Source of the DNA: Ignavibacteria bacterium
GTDB taxonomy: Bacteria > Bacteroidota > Ignavibacteria > Kapaibacteriales > UBA4661
Direction of reading: 5' to 3'
Assembly: GCA_014654705.1 (NCBI GenBank)
Contig: JACVZY010000104.1
Location: forward strand, 16,863-80,862
DNA length: 64,000 bases
Part shown: in pieces, positions 28,954-39,021 of the stretch
Position numbering within the stretch: position 1 is the first letter of the stretch
Layout of the letters: every line of letters begins with the position of its first letter
Made by a program: the position numbers and the translations under genes
The notes under the pieces: model-generated
The model's database searches: none
Told to the model about the DNA's origin: nothing
What the model saw: the letters and a program-made list of their open reading frames with translations, nothing else

Positions 28954-30801
28954 ATGAATCCTCAATATCTTACCATCTCTCAGCGGCTTTTTTTTGCAGC
29001 CTTAGCGATTTCATTCGTTGCGGTAGGAACGGTCTTGTTCTTCTATGACCGAGAGGCGGAAGCTGCTATTGTGCAACGGTCTTTCGACCAGCTCGCTTCG
29101 GTGCGTACACTCAAGCAAAGTAAAGTGGAGGAATACTTTGAGTCCCTGAGCGCCATGCTTGGAGTGCTTGCGTCGCATCCCGCTACCGTGTTGACATCTG
29201 CCCGTGAGATGCGCTTACGCTACGACGTAGAAGATATTTTTATTCTCTCGCAGCAAGGTGAAATAGCCTATACCGAGCATGATTCCTCGCTTCTAGGCTC
29301 TTATATGGCGGATAGTGTGTGGAGTGCTGTCCGAAACGCTTTGCAGCTTTCTGAAAAGCCCTCAACGAAGACTTCACCTGTACGGTTCACTGATTTTATG
29401 AGGTTTCGGGGCAAGATTGTTGCTTTTGGAATAGTACGCATTGACACTCTCGCAGCAAAAGAAGAAGCTCTTGTGCCGCAGTCCGGTGCTATTATTGTAG
29501 TACAAATCTCACTCCATGCGCTGAACAGTATTATGACGGAGCGCACTGGATTGGGACAGACCGGCGAAAGTTATATTGTTGGCTCCGATAGTCTGATGCG
29601 CACGGAGTCACGGTTTGTGTCACTGCCGACAATACTTCACTTGCCCGTACGCACCGAACCTGTTCGGCAAGCGCTTGCCGGAAAAACAGCTTTTTTGGAA
29701 ACGAAGGACTACCGTAATGTTGATGTCCTCAGCGCTTGTGCGCCCTTGTGCATTGGTGCGCTGCGATGGGCAATTATTGCAGAATTGGACGTGAAAGAAA
29801 TCACCATCCCGATTAACGCAACGCGAAAAAAAATTATCGTGCTGGGACTAAGCCTTACGTTGCTCATGGCGATTATTAGCTGGTATGGAGCGCGAACAAT
29901 TTCAGAGCCGATTGTGCGTTTGCAGCAATCTTTGTCGGTGATTGCGGAAGGGAAGTTACCTGAAAAGCCTCTGCCTATCATGCGCCGTGATGAAATCGGT
30001 GCGATGACGGAGGAACTGAACACGATGACCGCATCACTCAGGCGGGCGACACTTTTTGCTCGTGATATTGGGGCTGGTAAATTCGATGCGGAATGTCCGC
30101 CGCGCAGCGAAAGTGATATGCTGGTGATTGCGCTGAACGATATGAAACTCGAGCTGCAGCGGCTTCTTGCCGACAAGCAGTCAAGTGCTCTTCAGCGCAC
30201 GTTGGCGTTGCTCGAAGGCGAAGAGCGTGAGCGCACAAGGCTTGCGAGAGATGTGCACGACGGTATCGGGCAGATTCTTACTGCTTTACGATTTAATCTT
30301 GCCCGCGTCGCCGATGAAGAAATGCGTAGCGAACTATTCGATTTGTTAGATGATGCTATTGCTGAGGTTCGTGCTATCGCTTATAATCTTATGCCCGGCG
30401 TGCTTTTGGATTTCGGCTTGAGCGCTGCGCTGGAACAGCTTTGCGCGAATGTTGCCAATGCTGCAACAATCAATATCCAACGAGAAATTACTCCGCTACC
30501 CAAACGACTGGATGCGGCGCGAGAAATTGCTATTTATCGTATTGCGCAAGAAGTATTCACGAATGCGTTGCGGTATTCCGGGGCAGACGTGATTGCGCTT
30601 ACTTTTAGCATTAGGGCTGATAATTCCTCCGTCCAACTAGACATTCACGATAACGGCATTGGGTTCGATACGGCGGAGCAGATGCGTGGCAACGGGCTGG
30701 CGAATATGCGTGAACGTGCGATGCTTTTTGGCGGTGAGGTTCGTATTACTTCTCAGCCGCAACAAGGAACACATATTATTGTCGAAATGCCCATTGGGTA
30801 A
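28954..30801 (+). CDS. Membrane sensor histidine kinase (Cache-HAMP-HisKA_3-HATPase)
   Basis: Two TM segments; GLGQTGESYIVG Cache signature; RRDEIG HAMP; EERERTRLARDVHDGIGQ; DNGIGF. Confidence 0.92.
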   Translation: MNPQYLTISQRLFFAALAISFVAVGTVLFFYDREAEAAIVQRSFDQLASVRTLKQSKVEEYFESLSAMLGVLASHPATVLTSAREMRLRYDVEDIFILSQQGEIAYTEHDSSLLGSYMADSVWSAVRNALQLSEKPSTKTSPVRFTDFMRFRGKIVAFGIVRIDTLAAKEEALVPQSGAIIVVQISLHALNSIMTERTGLGQTGESYIVGSDSLMRTESRFVSLPTILHLPVRTEPVRQALAGKTAFLETKDYRNVDVLSACAPLCIGALRWAIIAELDVKEITIPINATRKKIIVLGLSLTLLMAIISWYGARTISEPIVRLQQSLSVIAEGKLPEKPLPIMRRDEIGAMTEELNTMTASLRRATLFARDIGAGKFDAECPPRSESDMLVIALNDMKLELQRLLADKQSSALQRTLALLEGEERERTRLARDVHDGIGQILTALRFNLARVADEEMRSELFDLLDDAIAEVRAIAYNLMPGVLLDFGLSAALEQLCANVANAATINIQREITPLPKRLDAAREIAIYRIAQEVFTNALRYSGADVIALTFSIRADNSSVQLDIHDNGIGFDTAEQMRGNGLANMRERAMLFGGEVRITSQPQQGTHIIVEMPIG

Positions 30802-30843
30802 ATATCTTTTCCTGTTTTCTCAATCGTTATTGCACAACAGCTT

Positions 30844-31542
30844 ATGGCAAATACTATTCGCCTTGTTCTCGCCGACGATCATCGTCTTGTCCGCGACGGT
30901 ATTCGCTCTTTGCTGTCGGATGCCCCCAGCATTAGTATTCTTGCCGATGTTGCCAGTGGCGATGCGCTCTTGGAGGTAATGAGTCACTATGCCGCAATGG
31001 GGGCGCTTCCCGATGTCGTGCTTTTGGATGTGTCTATGCCCGTAGCTGAGAGCCGCATACAATCAGGCTTAGAGGCGGCAGCAATCCTTGTCAAAACATA
31101 TCCTTCGGTGCAGATACTTTTTCTCTCTATGCACGAGGAAGCCGAGTACATTATCAACGCCATGAAGACGGGGGCACGAGGATATGTCCTCAAAAACGCA
31201 GAGAAATCGGAATTACTCGAAGCCATTAGCACGGTTGCCGAAGGTAGGCGATACTTTAGCAATGAAGTCGCAGAGCGTGTGATGGGAAGTTTTGCACCAC
31301 CCCAGCCTACTGCCAATAAAACCGACGTTCTCCCGGCTCCCACGCTCACGCACAGGGAACACGAGATTTTGCAGCTTGTTGCTAGCGGGCTTTCGACAAA
31401 GATTATTGCCGAGCGTCTTGTCATCAGCCCACGCACGGTGGAGACACATCGCACGAACATCATGCACAAACTTCACGCTGCCAATACGGCTGAACTGGTT
31501 CGTATTGCGCTTCAATACGGCTTGCTCAAAATGACTCCCTGA
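30844..31542 (+). CDS. NarL/LuxR family response regulator
   Basis: ADDH, LLDVSMP, GYVLK, LTHREHEIL...TVETHR. Confidence 0.95.
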   Translation: MANTIRLVLADDHRLVRDGIRSLLSDAPSISILADVASGDALLEVMSHYAAMGALPDVVLLDVSMPVAESRIQSGLEAAAILVKTYPSVQILFLSMHEEAEYIINAMKTGARGYVLKNAEKSELLEAISTVAEGRRYFSNEVAERVMGSFAPPQPTANKTDVLPAPTLTHREHEILQLVASGLSTKIIAERLVISPRTVETHRTNIMHKLHAANTAELVRIALQYGLLKMTP

Positions 31543-31688
31543 AGAGATGCGACCATACCCGTAGAAATACGGAGACACTGCATCATGACAAAATACCAAT
31601 TTTCGCCGATTGAATCCCATGCGAGAAATCCATAGTTTTGCTCTTGTGATAACCACGTACTCTCGTTCATTATTTAGGAGCAAATATC

Positions 31689-32111
31689 ATGAAATTTAGC
31701 ATCATCACCATCGTTTCTGCACTCTGGGCGCTTGCTGCTGTGCCGATGGCTGCACAACAAGCAACTTCCGCTCCAGTAGTATCTGCTCCCGCAGTGTCTT
31801 CTCCGGCAGTACCCGCCCTTGAAAAAGTTCGCACTATTCCCACAAAAGAAGAACGCAACGAAACATCCGTATTGTACACCGTTCCGGCAGAGGAACTGAA
31901 TGCGATTGCGCCGGAGTTCGTGCAAAAGCGTACGGAGTTACTACCAAGTCCTCATGCCCGTATGCCGCATATGACACAGCAAAAAATTGTTCACAGTGTG
32001 GATTACTCCGCAATGATGCCACTTCTTATTAAAGCCATGCAAGAACAGCAAGCAGAAATTGAGCGTTTACGGAATGAAATCAGCAGTTTACGAGCACAAG
32101 CCAGAAAATAA
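31689..32111 (+). CDS. Small secreted protein with peptidase S74-like (tail-fibre chaperone) C-terminus and coiled coil
   Basis: AGGAG RBS, signal peptide, AEELNAIAPEFV and VDYSAMMPLLIKAMQEQQAEIERL. Confidence 0.7.
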   Translation: MKFSIITIVSALWALAAVPMAAQQATSAPVVSAPAVSSPAVPALEKVRTIPTKEERNETSVLYTVPAEELNAIAPEFVQKRTELLPSPHARMPHMTQQKIVHSVDYSAMMPLLIKAMQEQQAEIERLRNEISSLRAQARK

Positions 32112-32160
32112 GCGATATGCCTCTTTCTGCTAGGTTACGAGAACCTACAAATACAACGCG

Positions 32161-32192
32161 AAAGCCGAGAAGGAAAACCTTTCTCGGCTTTT
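32161..32192 (+). terminator. Intrinsic terminator
   Basis: aaagccgagaagg-aaaa-cctttctcggctttt. Confidence 0.8.
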
Positions 32193-32377
32193 GTGTGTTG
32201 AGAAGTTCTACCGTCAAAATGAACTCGGAACACCGTGGCAAAAAGAAAACAGTAGTCTTTTGTTAGCGTCGTAGTATCTTTGTAGGATAATTTTTCAGGG
32301 AGTAGATACACTCGGAATCATGTCTTCCGAGCTAAATTCCCTGCCCTGTCTGTTGATTCAACACACTGCGAACGACT

Positions 32378-32722
32378 ATGAGCGACACACTCGGTTTGGA
32401 TTGGGATGGCGTCATTTCGCATTTCCCAGAAGAGATGAAAATTTTGGCAGCAAAGTTTACCAATGTTGTTATCATCACACTGAACAAGAGTATTACAAGG
32501 CAGAAAGCCGAAGAAACCTTGCAGCGCACGGTCGTTGTCGAGATTTGCCCTGACGATGAGCGGGATAATCACGGCGCATGGAAAGCCGCAATGTGCCGCA
32601 AACACGGCGTTGCGCTGATGATTGATGATGATGGTTTTGTCGTGGCGGAGTGCCGGTCACTTGATATTCCTACGCTCGCAGTGAACGCTATGTTTTTTCA
32701 GTCTCTTTTGCATGAGTTTTGA
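32378..32722 (+). CDS. Minimal cap-less HAD-superfamily phosphatase
   Basis: GLDWDGV motif I, IIT motif II, K motif III, MIDDD motif IV; TATCTTTG promoter-like site at ~32275. Confidence 0.65.
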   Translation: MSDTLGLDWDGVISHFPEEMKILAAKFTNVVIITLNKSITRQKAEETLQRTVVVEICPDDERDNHGAWKAAMCRKHGVALMIDDDGFVVAECRSLDIPTLAVNAMFFQSLLHEF

Positions 32723-32736
32723 AATGCTTTTTCGTA

Positions 32737-35700
32737 TCATTCCAACCAAAACTTCACCTGCTTGTGTCCGAAAATTCGCATGAGTTCTTCGATTGCCGTG
32801 TCGTTTGGCTGAAAGCGAATGTCGCGTGAAAGATATTGTGCTACGGGTTTGGTGGGGTCGTTTGCTGTTTCATCGTAAATGCTGAAAAAGACTTGTGCTT
32901 TGCCCGGTGGCTGTGCTGCCACGAGGGTGTGCGCCTTGCGGATGTGTTCCGGTGTGGTTTTTTGGCGCATTGCCGTGATGCGTACTCCTTTGGCAAATTT
33001 CTCCGCCGCATCGCTCACGGGAAACACGTCGTCCACCACGATTTTAAGCGAGTCCGAGCCGTCTATCTGCGATTTTCCCGATACCATCAGTATGGCATCT
33101 TCCACAAGCAAATGGCGGAATTTCGCAAAGGATTCGCTCCAGAAAATACACTCTGCTTTGCCCGAAAAATCCTCAATCTGCACAAAAGCAATCATCTGTT
33201 CTTTTTTGTCAAGTTTCGTCCGAACACCAGCAACAATGCCGCACGCACGAACATTCTTCCCAATAAGCGGGCTGTTTTTTTGTCCAAGTTGCAATGTCGC
33301 AAACGCCTCCACGTGCGGACGGTAGCGCTCAAGCGGGTGTCCGCTCACGTAAAAGTTCAAAAATTCTTTTTCGTGCTTGAGCTGCTCAAAGTAGCTCCAT
33401 TGCGGTACTGTGGGCAGTTTTGGTTCGGTTACGGCAGTCGTTTCCGATGCCCCGAAAAGGCTGTCCATGCCGTTGTCTTCTTGATTGCTTTGCGCATTGC
33501 CGAAGCGAATCGCGTCGTCAATGGCGGTAAAAAGCTGTGCGCGGTGTCCCAAATTCAAGGATTCAAAGCCGCCCGCGCAAACCAATGCTTCCAGAGCACG
33601 CTTATTTACTGCCTTTGTATCGACACGCTTTGCAAAATCGAAAAACGATGCAAACGGCGCTTCATTTCGTGCTTTGATGATACTTTCCACTGCACTTTCG
33701 CCAACGTTTTTGATAGCGGCGAGACCGAAGCGGATTTTGCCTTTGGTTTCTTGCTCATTGGTGGTTGCTTTGTTCGTTTTAGGCGGAATAGCCGTAAAAC
33801 TCGCAAACGATTCGTTCACATCCGGCGGCAAAACTTCAATACCAAAGTATTTCGCTTCGTCAATGAGGCCCACGATTTTATCAAGGTTGCCAAGCTCCGC
33901 CGTCATGTTCGCTGCCAAAAATTCTGCGGGATAATGCGCTTTCAACCACGCCGTTTGGAACGCCAAGTACGAGTACGCCAGCGCGTGTGATTTGTTGAAA
34001 CCATAACTTGCGAACTTCAGAATCAAATCAAATATTTCGCCCGCCAATTTCTCGCCGATGTCGTTTTTCTGCGCTCCCTCGATGAACAAGACTTTTTGCT
34101 CTTGCATGAGCTTTGCATCTTTTTTGCCCATCGCACGGCGCATGATGTCTGCTTGCGCGAGGCTGAATCCCGCAAGGTCGCGCACAAGCTGCATCACCTG
34201 TTCCTGATAGACGATAATGCCGTAGGTCGGGCGCAGAGACGGCTCCATGAGCGGGTGCAGGAGCGTGATGGCTTGTTTGCCTTGCTTGCGGTCGCAGAAG
34301 TCGGGGATATTATCCATTGGACCCGGACGGTAGAGCGCGTTCATAGCGGTCAAATCCTCAAGGCTTGTAGGCTTGAGCATTTTCAAATACTTCTGCATCG
34401 GCTCGGATTCAAACTGGAACACGCCTGTTGTCTTGCCCGCACTGAGCATGGCGTAGGTTTTTTTGTCGAACAAATCCAGCGCGTCCACATCTATTTTCTC
34501 GCCGTGATTGCGTTCAATCATTTCAACGGTATTATCAATAATCGAAAGTGTTCTCAGACCCAAAAAGTCCATTTTAAGCAGTCCCGCGTCTTCCAAATCT
34601 TTCATGTTGTACTGCGTTGCCAAGCCGGAATCAGACTTGTAGAGCGGCACGTATTGCGAAATATCGCCCGGCGCAATCACCACGCCTGCCGCATGAATAG
34701 ACGAGTTGCGGGCAAAACCTTCCAGCACTGAGGCGTACTCAATGAGTTGCTTTAGTTTCGGGTCGTCGGACTCCTTCACCCAGCGCAGTTCGGGCAGTTC
34801 CAGTGCTTCTTTGAGCGGCGTTACTTTGCCTAAAATCGTGGGAATGGGTTTCGTGATTTGGTCAACGGTCGCCAGTGGAATCCCCAGCACCCGCGCCACG
34901 TCTTTGATAACGGCTTTGGTGGAAAGCGTTCCGAAGGTGATAATTTGCGCAACGGAGTTTTCGCCGTATTTGTCGCGGACATACTGAATGACCTGTTCGC
35001 GTTTTTCGTCGTTGAAATCCACGTCAATATCGGGCATGGACACGCGGTCGGGATTCAAAAAGCGTTCAAAAAGAAGGTCGTATTGAAGCGGGTCAACGTT
35101 GGTGATGCCCAGCGCGTAAGCGACCAGCGAACCAGCAGCAGAGCCACGTCCGGGACCCACACTCACGCCCATATTCCGCGCAGCATTGATGAAATCTTGC
35201 ACAATGAGAAAATATCCTGCAAAACCCATGTTCTTAATAACACCCAATTCAAACTCCGTACGTTCCCGCACTGTTTCGGGCGCGTCAGCATATCCTGAGA
35301 CGCGATACCGCTTTTCAATACCTTTGAACGTCAGTTCTTCCATGTATTCGTCAAGGTTCGTCGCGGCGGATTCGCTTGGAATGGGGAATTCCGGCATAAA
35401 CAAGCCGCTTTTTAAATTCACCTCGCATTTTTCGGCAATTTCGAGCGTATTTTCAATCGCACCCGGCAGATGCCCCAGCAAATCCACCATTTGGTCGGCA
35501 GTTTTGAAGTAGTATTCGGGTGTGCCGTAGCGAAGTTTGAGTACGTCGAGTGTTCCGGCGTTTGCTTGGCTTGCGTCCTTGATGTAGAGGTGGACATTAT
35601 GCGCGGTGGCGTGTTCTTTTTTGATGTAGTGGCAGTCATTCGTCGCCACGAGCTTCAAACCAAGTTCTGAAGCTAACTTTGGAGCATATTCCAGAACGGG

Positions 35701-36255
35701 TTTGTCCAGTTCGATGCCGTGATCTTGGACTTCCACGTAAAAATCATCGCCGAAGCGTTCTTTGTACCATATCGCTTCTTCGCGTGCTCGGTCGTAGTCG
35801 TGATTGACAAAATGCGCTCCCAAGACGCCGCCAACACAAGCGGAGGTGATAATTAAGCCTTCGCTATGCTGCTCCAGCACTTCCTTGTCAATGCGCGGCT
35901 TGTAGTAAAAACCTTCGGTATGACCGATAGAACTCAATTTCATCAGGTTTTGATAGCCGATGTTGTTTTTTGCGAGCGCTATGAGGTGGTAATAATTTTT
36001 GGTCTTAGTTTTGCCGGAGGTTTTGTCAAAACGGCTTCCGGCAGCGATATAGAGCTCGCAGCCCAGAATCGGCTTCACGCCTGCCTTCTGTGCTTTTTTG
36101 TAAAACTCAAACGTGCCAAACATCACACCGTGGTCGGTGAGCGCGACGGCGGAGTGTCCCTGTGCGGCGGCAGCTTTGGCAAGGGTTTCGGGCGTGGCTG
36201 CGCCATCCAAGAGGGAGTAGTGGGTGTGGTTGTGGAGGTGAATGAATTGGGGCAT
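32737..36255 (-). CDS. dnaE: DNA polymerase III alpha subunit
   Basis: PHP HLHNHTHYSLLDG, GRGSAAGS, PDIDVDF, YGFNKSHA, OB fold; start at ATG 36255; no intein seen. Confidence 0.97.
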   Translation of the reverse strand: MPQFIHLHNHTHYSLLDGAATPETLAKAAAAQGHSAVALTDHGVMFGTFEFYKKAQKAGVKPILGCELYIAAGSRFDKTSGKTKTKNYYHLIALAKNNIGYQNLMKLSSIGHTEGFYYKPRIDKEVLEQHSEGLIITSACVGGVLGAHFVNHDYDRAREEAIWYKERFGDDFYVEVQDHGIELDKPVLEYAPKLASELGLKLVATNDCHYIKKEHATAHNVHLYIKDASQANAGTLDVLKLRYGTPEYYFKTADQMVDLLGHLPGAIENTLEIAEKCEVNLKSGLFMPEFPIPSESAATNLDEYMEELTFKGIEKRYRVSGYADAPETVRERTEFELGVIKNMGFAGYFLIVQDFINAARNMGVSVGPGRGSAAGSLVAYALGITNVDPLQYDLLFERFLNPDRVSMPDIDVDFNDEKREQVIQYVRDKYGENSVAQIITFGTLSTKAVIKDVARVLGIPLATVDQITKPIPTILGKVTPLKEALELPELRWVKESDDPKLKQLIEYASVLEGFARNSSIHAAGVVIAPGDISQYVPLYKSDSGLATQYNMKDLEDAGLLKMDFLGLRTLSIIDNTVEMIERNHGEKIDVDALDLFDKKTYAMLSAGKTTGVFQFESEPMQKYLKMLKPTSLEDLTAMNALYRPGPMDNIPDFCDRKQGKQAITLLHPLMEPSLRPTYGIIVYQEQVMQLVRDLAGFSLAQADIMRRAMGKKDAKLMQEQKVLFIEGAQKNDIGEKLAGEIFDLILKFASYGFNKSHALAYSYLAFQTAWLKAHYPAEFLAANMTAELGNLDKIVGLIDEAKYFGIEVLPPDVNESFASFTAIPPKTNKATTNEQETKGKIRFGLAAIKNVGESAVESIIKARNEAPFASFFDFAKRVDTKAVNKRALEALVCAGGFESLNLGHRAQLFTAIDDAIRFGNAQSNQEDNGMDSLFGASETTAVTEPKLPTVPQWSYFEQLKHEKEFLNFYVSGHPLERYRPHVEAFATLQLGQKNSPLIGKNVRACGIVAGVRTKLDKKEQMIAFVQIEDFSGKAECIFWSESFAKFRHLLVEDAILMVSGKSQIDGSDSLKIVVDDVFPVSDAAEKFAKGVRITAMRQKTTPEHIRKAHTLVAAQPPGKAQVFFSIYDETANDPTKPVAQYLSRDIRFQPNDTAIEELMRIFGHKQVKFWLE

Positions 36256-36401
36256 AATTTTTTTTAATGTGTTGTAAAGTTCAATGTCGTCATTCCTGCT
36301 ACTTCTTTCCCAACCGTACCGAAAACTCCGAATAGCAACCAATAATATTTGACCGCATATAACTTCCTTTCGAGTTTGATTTCATCAAGCCTTTCTCAAC
36401 G

Positions 36402-37400
36402 CTATACCTTCTGACACGTCGAATGCCCTTTCGCGCCGCAGCACTTCTTAAATTTCTTGATGCCGTCCACTGGGCAGGGGGCGTTGCGTTCTATTTTCGG
36501 TTCCTTGCGCACAAGCGTTGTACTCGTAGAATCCTTTTTCGCCAAGCCGCCTGGAACGCCGTCTGGTCTGAACTTATGGGAATATTTATGAACTTGATAA
36601 AATGTTTTGTCAATCCATGCATATACGGCAGAAAGCGGTTCTCCGGGTAAAAGTGCTATCTTCTCAACATTAGATGGCTCATCAAAGCCTTTTTGAATCT
36701 GCGATAGTTCCGTTATCCCCGGAAACGCTTTCCCCTCTGCCCAAAACCATTCGATGTCTTCCCGCAACTCATGGTAGCCAAGATTTTCCAGTGTGATACA
36801 GATAAAAACAGGAAAATCTTCATTGTTGCGTGCCATTGGAAATCCACCGTACGGTCGGGATTCCATCTGTTCCGGTAAAATCGGTTTATGAATATCAGAA
36901 CGAAGATAGTTGCGGAATATCCCCACAATGCGCTCGCGCTTCTCAGGAAACAGTTTGCCAATCCACGCAAGAGCATCACCAATATACTGGTGATGAGTGC
37001 GGGTAAGGGTCGTGTCGTAAAACATCGCAAGAAGTTTATCTACGGCATTACTTCCACAATACGCCAGAATTCTCGGCAAAATCGTAAAATTCGTATCACC
37101 CACCCAAAAATCTATGTCTTCTTCTGACTGCCGGATAAATTTCTCGATTGTCGGGAAAGCAGATGTTGCGCGGAGTTCCGACAATATGAGCAGCGCATGA
37201 GAAACAGCACTGTTGTAATCATCGTCGGTGAAATCATCAATATGCTCTATGCCAAAGTTAACGACTACTTCCAAATCAGGAATTAGCGCCTCGCCAATGG
37301 TCAAAATTTCTTGAATGGTTGCAAACTCAGCCTCTGTGTATTTGAGCGTGTAGAGTTTGGAAACTATTTCCTTGCTGAAGGTGGGAAGCGAAAAAGCCAT
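36402..37400 (-). CDS. DUF1186-like protein with C-terminal SEC-C-like motif
   Basis: HALLILSELRA helical repeat region; KIERNAPCPVDGIKKFKKCC. Confidence 0.7.
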   Translation of the reverse strand: MAFSLPTFSKEIVSKLYTLKYTEAEFATIQEILTIGEALIPDLEVVVNFGIEHIDDFTDDDYNSAVSHALLILSELRATSAFPTIEKFIRQSEEDIDFWVGDTNFTILPRILAYCGSNAVDKLLAMFYDTTLTRTHHQYIGDALAWIGKLFPEKRERIVGIFRNYLRSDIHKPILPEQMESRPYGGFPMARNNEDFPVFICITLENLGYHELREDIEWFWAEGKAFPGITELSQIQKGFDEPSNVEKIALLPGEPLSAVYAWIDKTFYQVHKYSHKFRPDGVPGGLAKKDSTSTTLVRKEPKIERNAPCPVDGIKKFKKCCGAKGHSTCQKV

Positions 37401-37436
37401 AGCTTTCGATAGAATTGATACAATGAAGAAAATGAT

Positions 37437-38834
37437 TTATGAACGATACCGCTCCGAACGAAGCTCCTCCAAATGCCTCTTTACATCTTGCTCTTTACCC
37501 ATCGTCGTAGGTTCGTAATAACGCCGCTCGTGGTCGGGAAAATAAGTCTCTTCGACAAAATGACCGTCGAAATCATGCGGATACTTGTAGCCGCTGCCGT
37601 AGCCTTCTTGTTTCATAAATTTTGTGGGAGCATTGCGCAAATGAAGCGGAACGGTCGTGTCTGCGCCCGATCGCACATCCGCAAGCGCCCGCTCAATGGC
37701 AAGATAGGAAGCGTTCGACTTCGGGCACGACGCAAGAAACGTCACGCCCTGCGCAAGATTAATGCGGCACTCCGGCATACCAATAACATCCACCGCTTGA
37801 AATACCGCTAGTGCCAGTGGTAATGCTTCTGGCGCTGCATTGCCAATGTCCTCGCTTGCAAATATAAGCATTCGCCGCGCAATAAACCGCGCGTCTTCAC
37901 CCGATTCCAGCATTACAGCCAGCCAAAACAGTGCTGCATCGGGGTCGGAACCACGCAAGGACTTGATAAAAGCAGAAATGGTATCGTAATGACCTTCGCC
38001 CTTTTTGTCATAGCGTGGTGTTTTTTGCTGCAACGCCGCTTCAATACTTTCTTGCGAAATAACAAGCGGCTCATTCGTCTCCGTGTTTTCTTGTGTTGCC
38101 ACAAGATGTACTGCGCTTTCTAGCGCATTCAGTACGCCACGTGCATCGCCGCTTGTCAGTCGAAAGAGTAGTGGTGCAAGGTTTGCGCCTTCTGCTTCGA
38201 CGACAGTTCTACCAACATCTTCCGAAAGTCGCTTCAGTGCACGCTCCATGAGAATTGCTGTGTGCTTTTCTTCAAGCGGACGCAGCGTATAGACGCGCGA
38301 ACGAGAGAGCAGAGCAGAGTTTACTTCAAAGGATGGATTCTCGGTCGTTGCGCCGATGAGCGTGATAATTCCTTGCTCCACGGCATGAAGCAGCGCGTCT
38401 TGCTGGTTTTTATTGAAACGGTGAATTTCGTCAATAAAAAGCAGCGAATTTTTGCCGCGTTTTTGGCGTTTCTCTGCACCAGCGATAATTTCACGCACCT
38501 CCTTCACACCGGCTTCCACCGCCGAGAGTCTGATAAAATCTGCATTTGCTCGCTTGGCAATAATGAGCGCCAGTGTCGTTTTGCCTATTCCGGGCGCACC
38601 CCACAGAATCATAGACGGAAAAACACCGTGTTCTGCAAATACTCGGAGCGGCGCACCTTCGCCCAAAAGATGTTCCTGCCCGAGTACATCGTCAAAAGTG
38701 CGAGGGCGCATCCGCTCGGCGAGTGGTGCGTTATTGAGCACGTTGAACGTTTCTGCTTTGTGCGTTTCGGTCGCGCCGCGTGAATCTTCGAGGTCTGGAA
38801 AGAGTGTGTCCATTAGTTTTGGGGTAAGTTTCAT
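37437..38834 (-). CDS. rarA: Replication-associated recombination protein A (MgsA/RarA)
   Basis: PLAERMRP, GAPGIGKTT, FIDEIHRFNK, GATTENP, SAFIKSLRGSD, VPLHLRNAPT. Confidence 0.96.
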   Translation of the reverse strand: MKLTPKLMDTLFPDLEDSRGATETHKAETFNVLNNAPLAERMRPRTFDDVLGQEHLLGEGAPLRVFAEHGVFPSMILWGAPGIGKTTLALIIAKRANADFIRLSAVEAGVKEVREIIAGAEKRQKRGKNSLLFIDEIHRFNKNQQDALLHAVEQGIITLIGATTENPSFEVNSALLSRSRVYTLRPLEEKHTAILMERALKRLSEDVGRTVVEAEGANLAPLLFRLTSGDARGVLNALESAVHLVATQENTETNEPLVISQESIEAALQQKTPRYDKKGEGHYDTISAFIKSLRGSDPDAALFWLAVMLESGEDARFIARRMLIFASEDIGNAAPEALPLALAVFQAVDVIGMPECRINLAQGVTFLASCPKSNASYLAIERALADVRSGADTTVPLHLRNAPTKFMKQEGYGSGYKYPHDFDGHFVEETYFPDHERRYYEPTTMGKEQDVKRHLEELRSERYRS

Positions 38835-39021
38835 CGGGATGCCGTACCATTGAAATTATCGAAAAAATCGCTTGTCTGCTCAATATTTTTACGCTTGTTG
38901 TATTCCGTGCTCATATTTTATCTTTTATGTTGCAAAGCTGCACGGCGAAATGTATCTTTACGCCCCCGTTTGCTATTGTTGTTTTTACCACTGTTGTTTC
39001 ACCTTCACCGAAATTCTCACT

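Noticed and set aside
32836-33990. 384-aa ORF antisense to dnaE (and other long antisense ORFs such as 48831-49769)
   Set aside because: Shadow ORFs from codon bias, fully overlapping well-supported genes
32737-36255. Intein or split in dnaE
   Set aside because: Length is typical and the conserved motifs are contiguous
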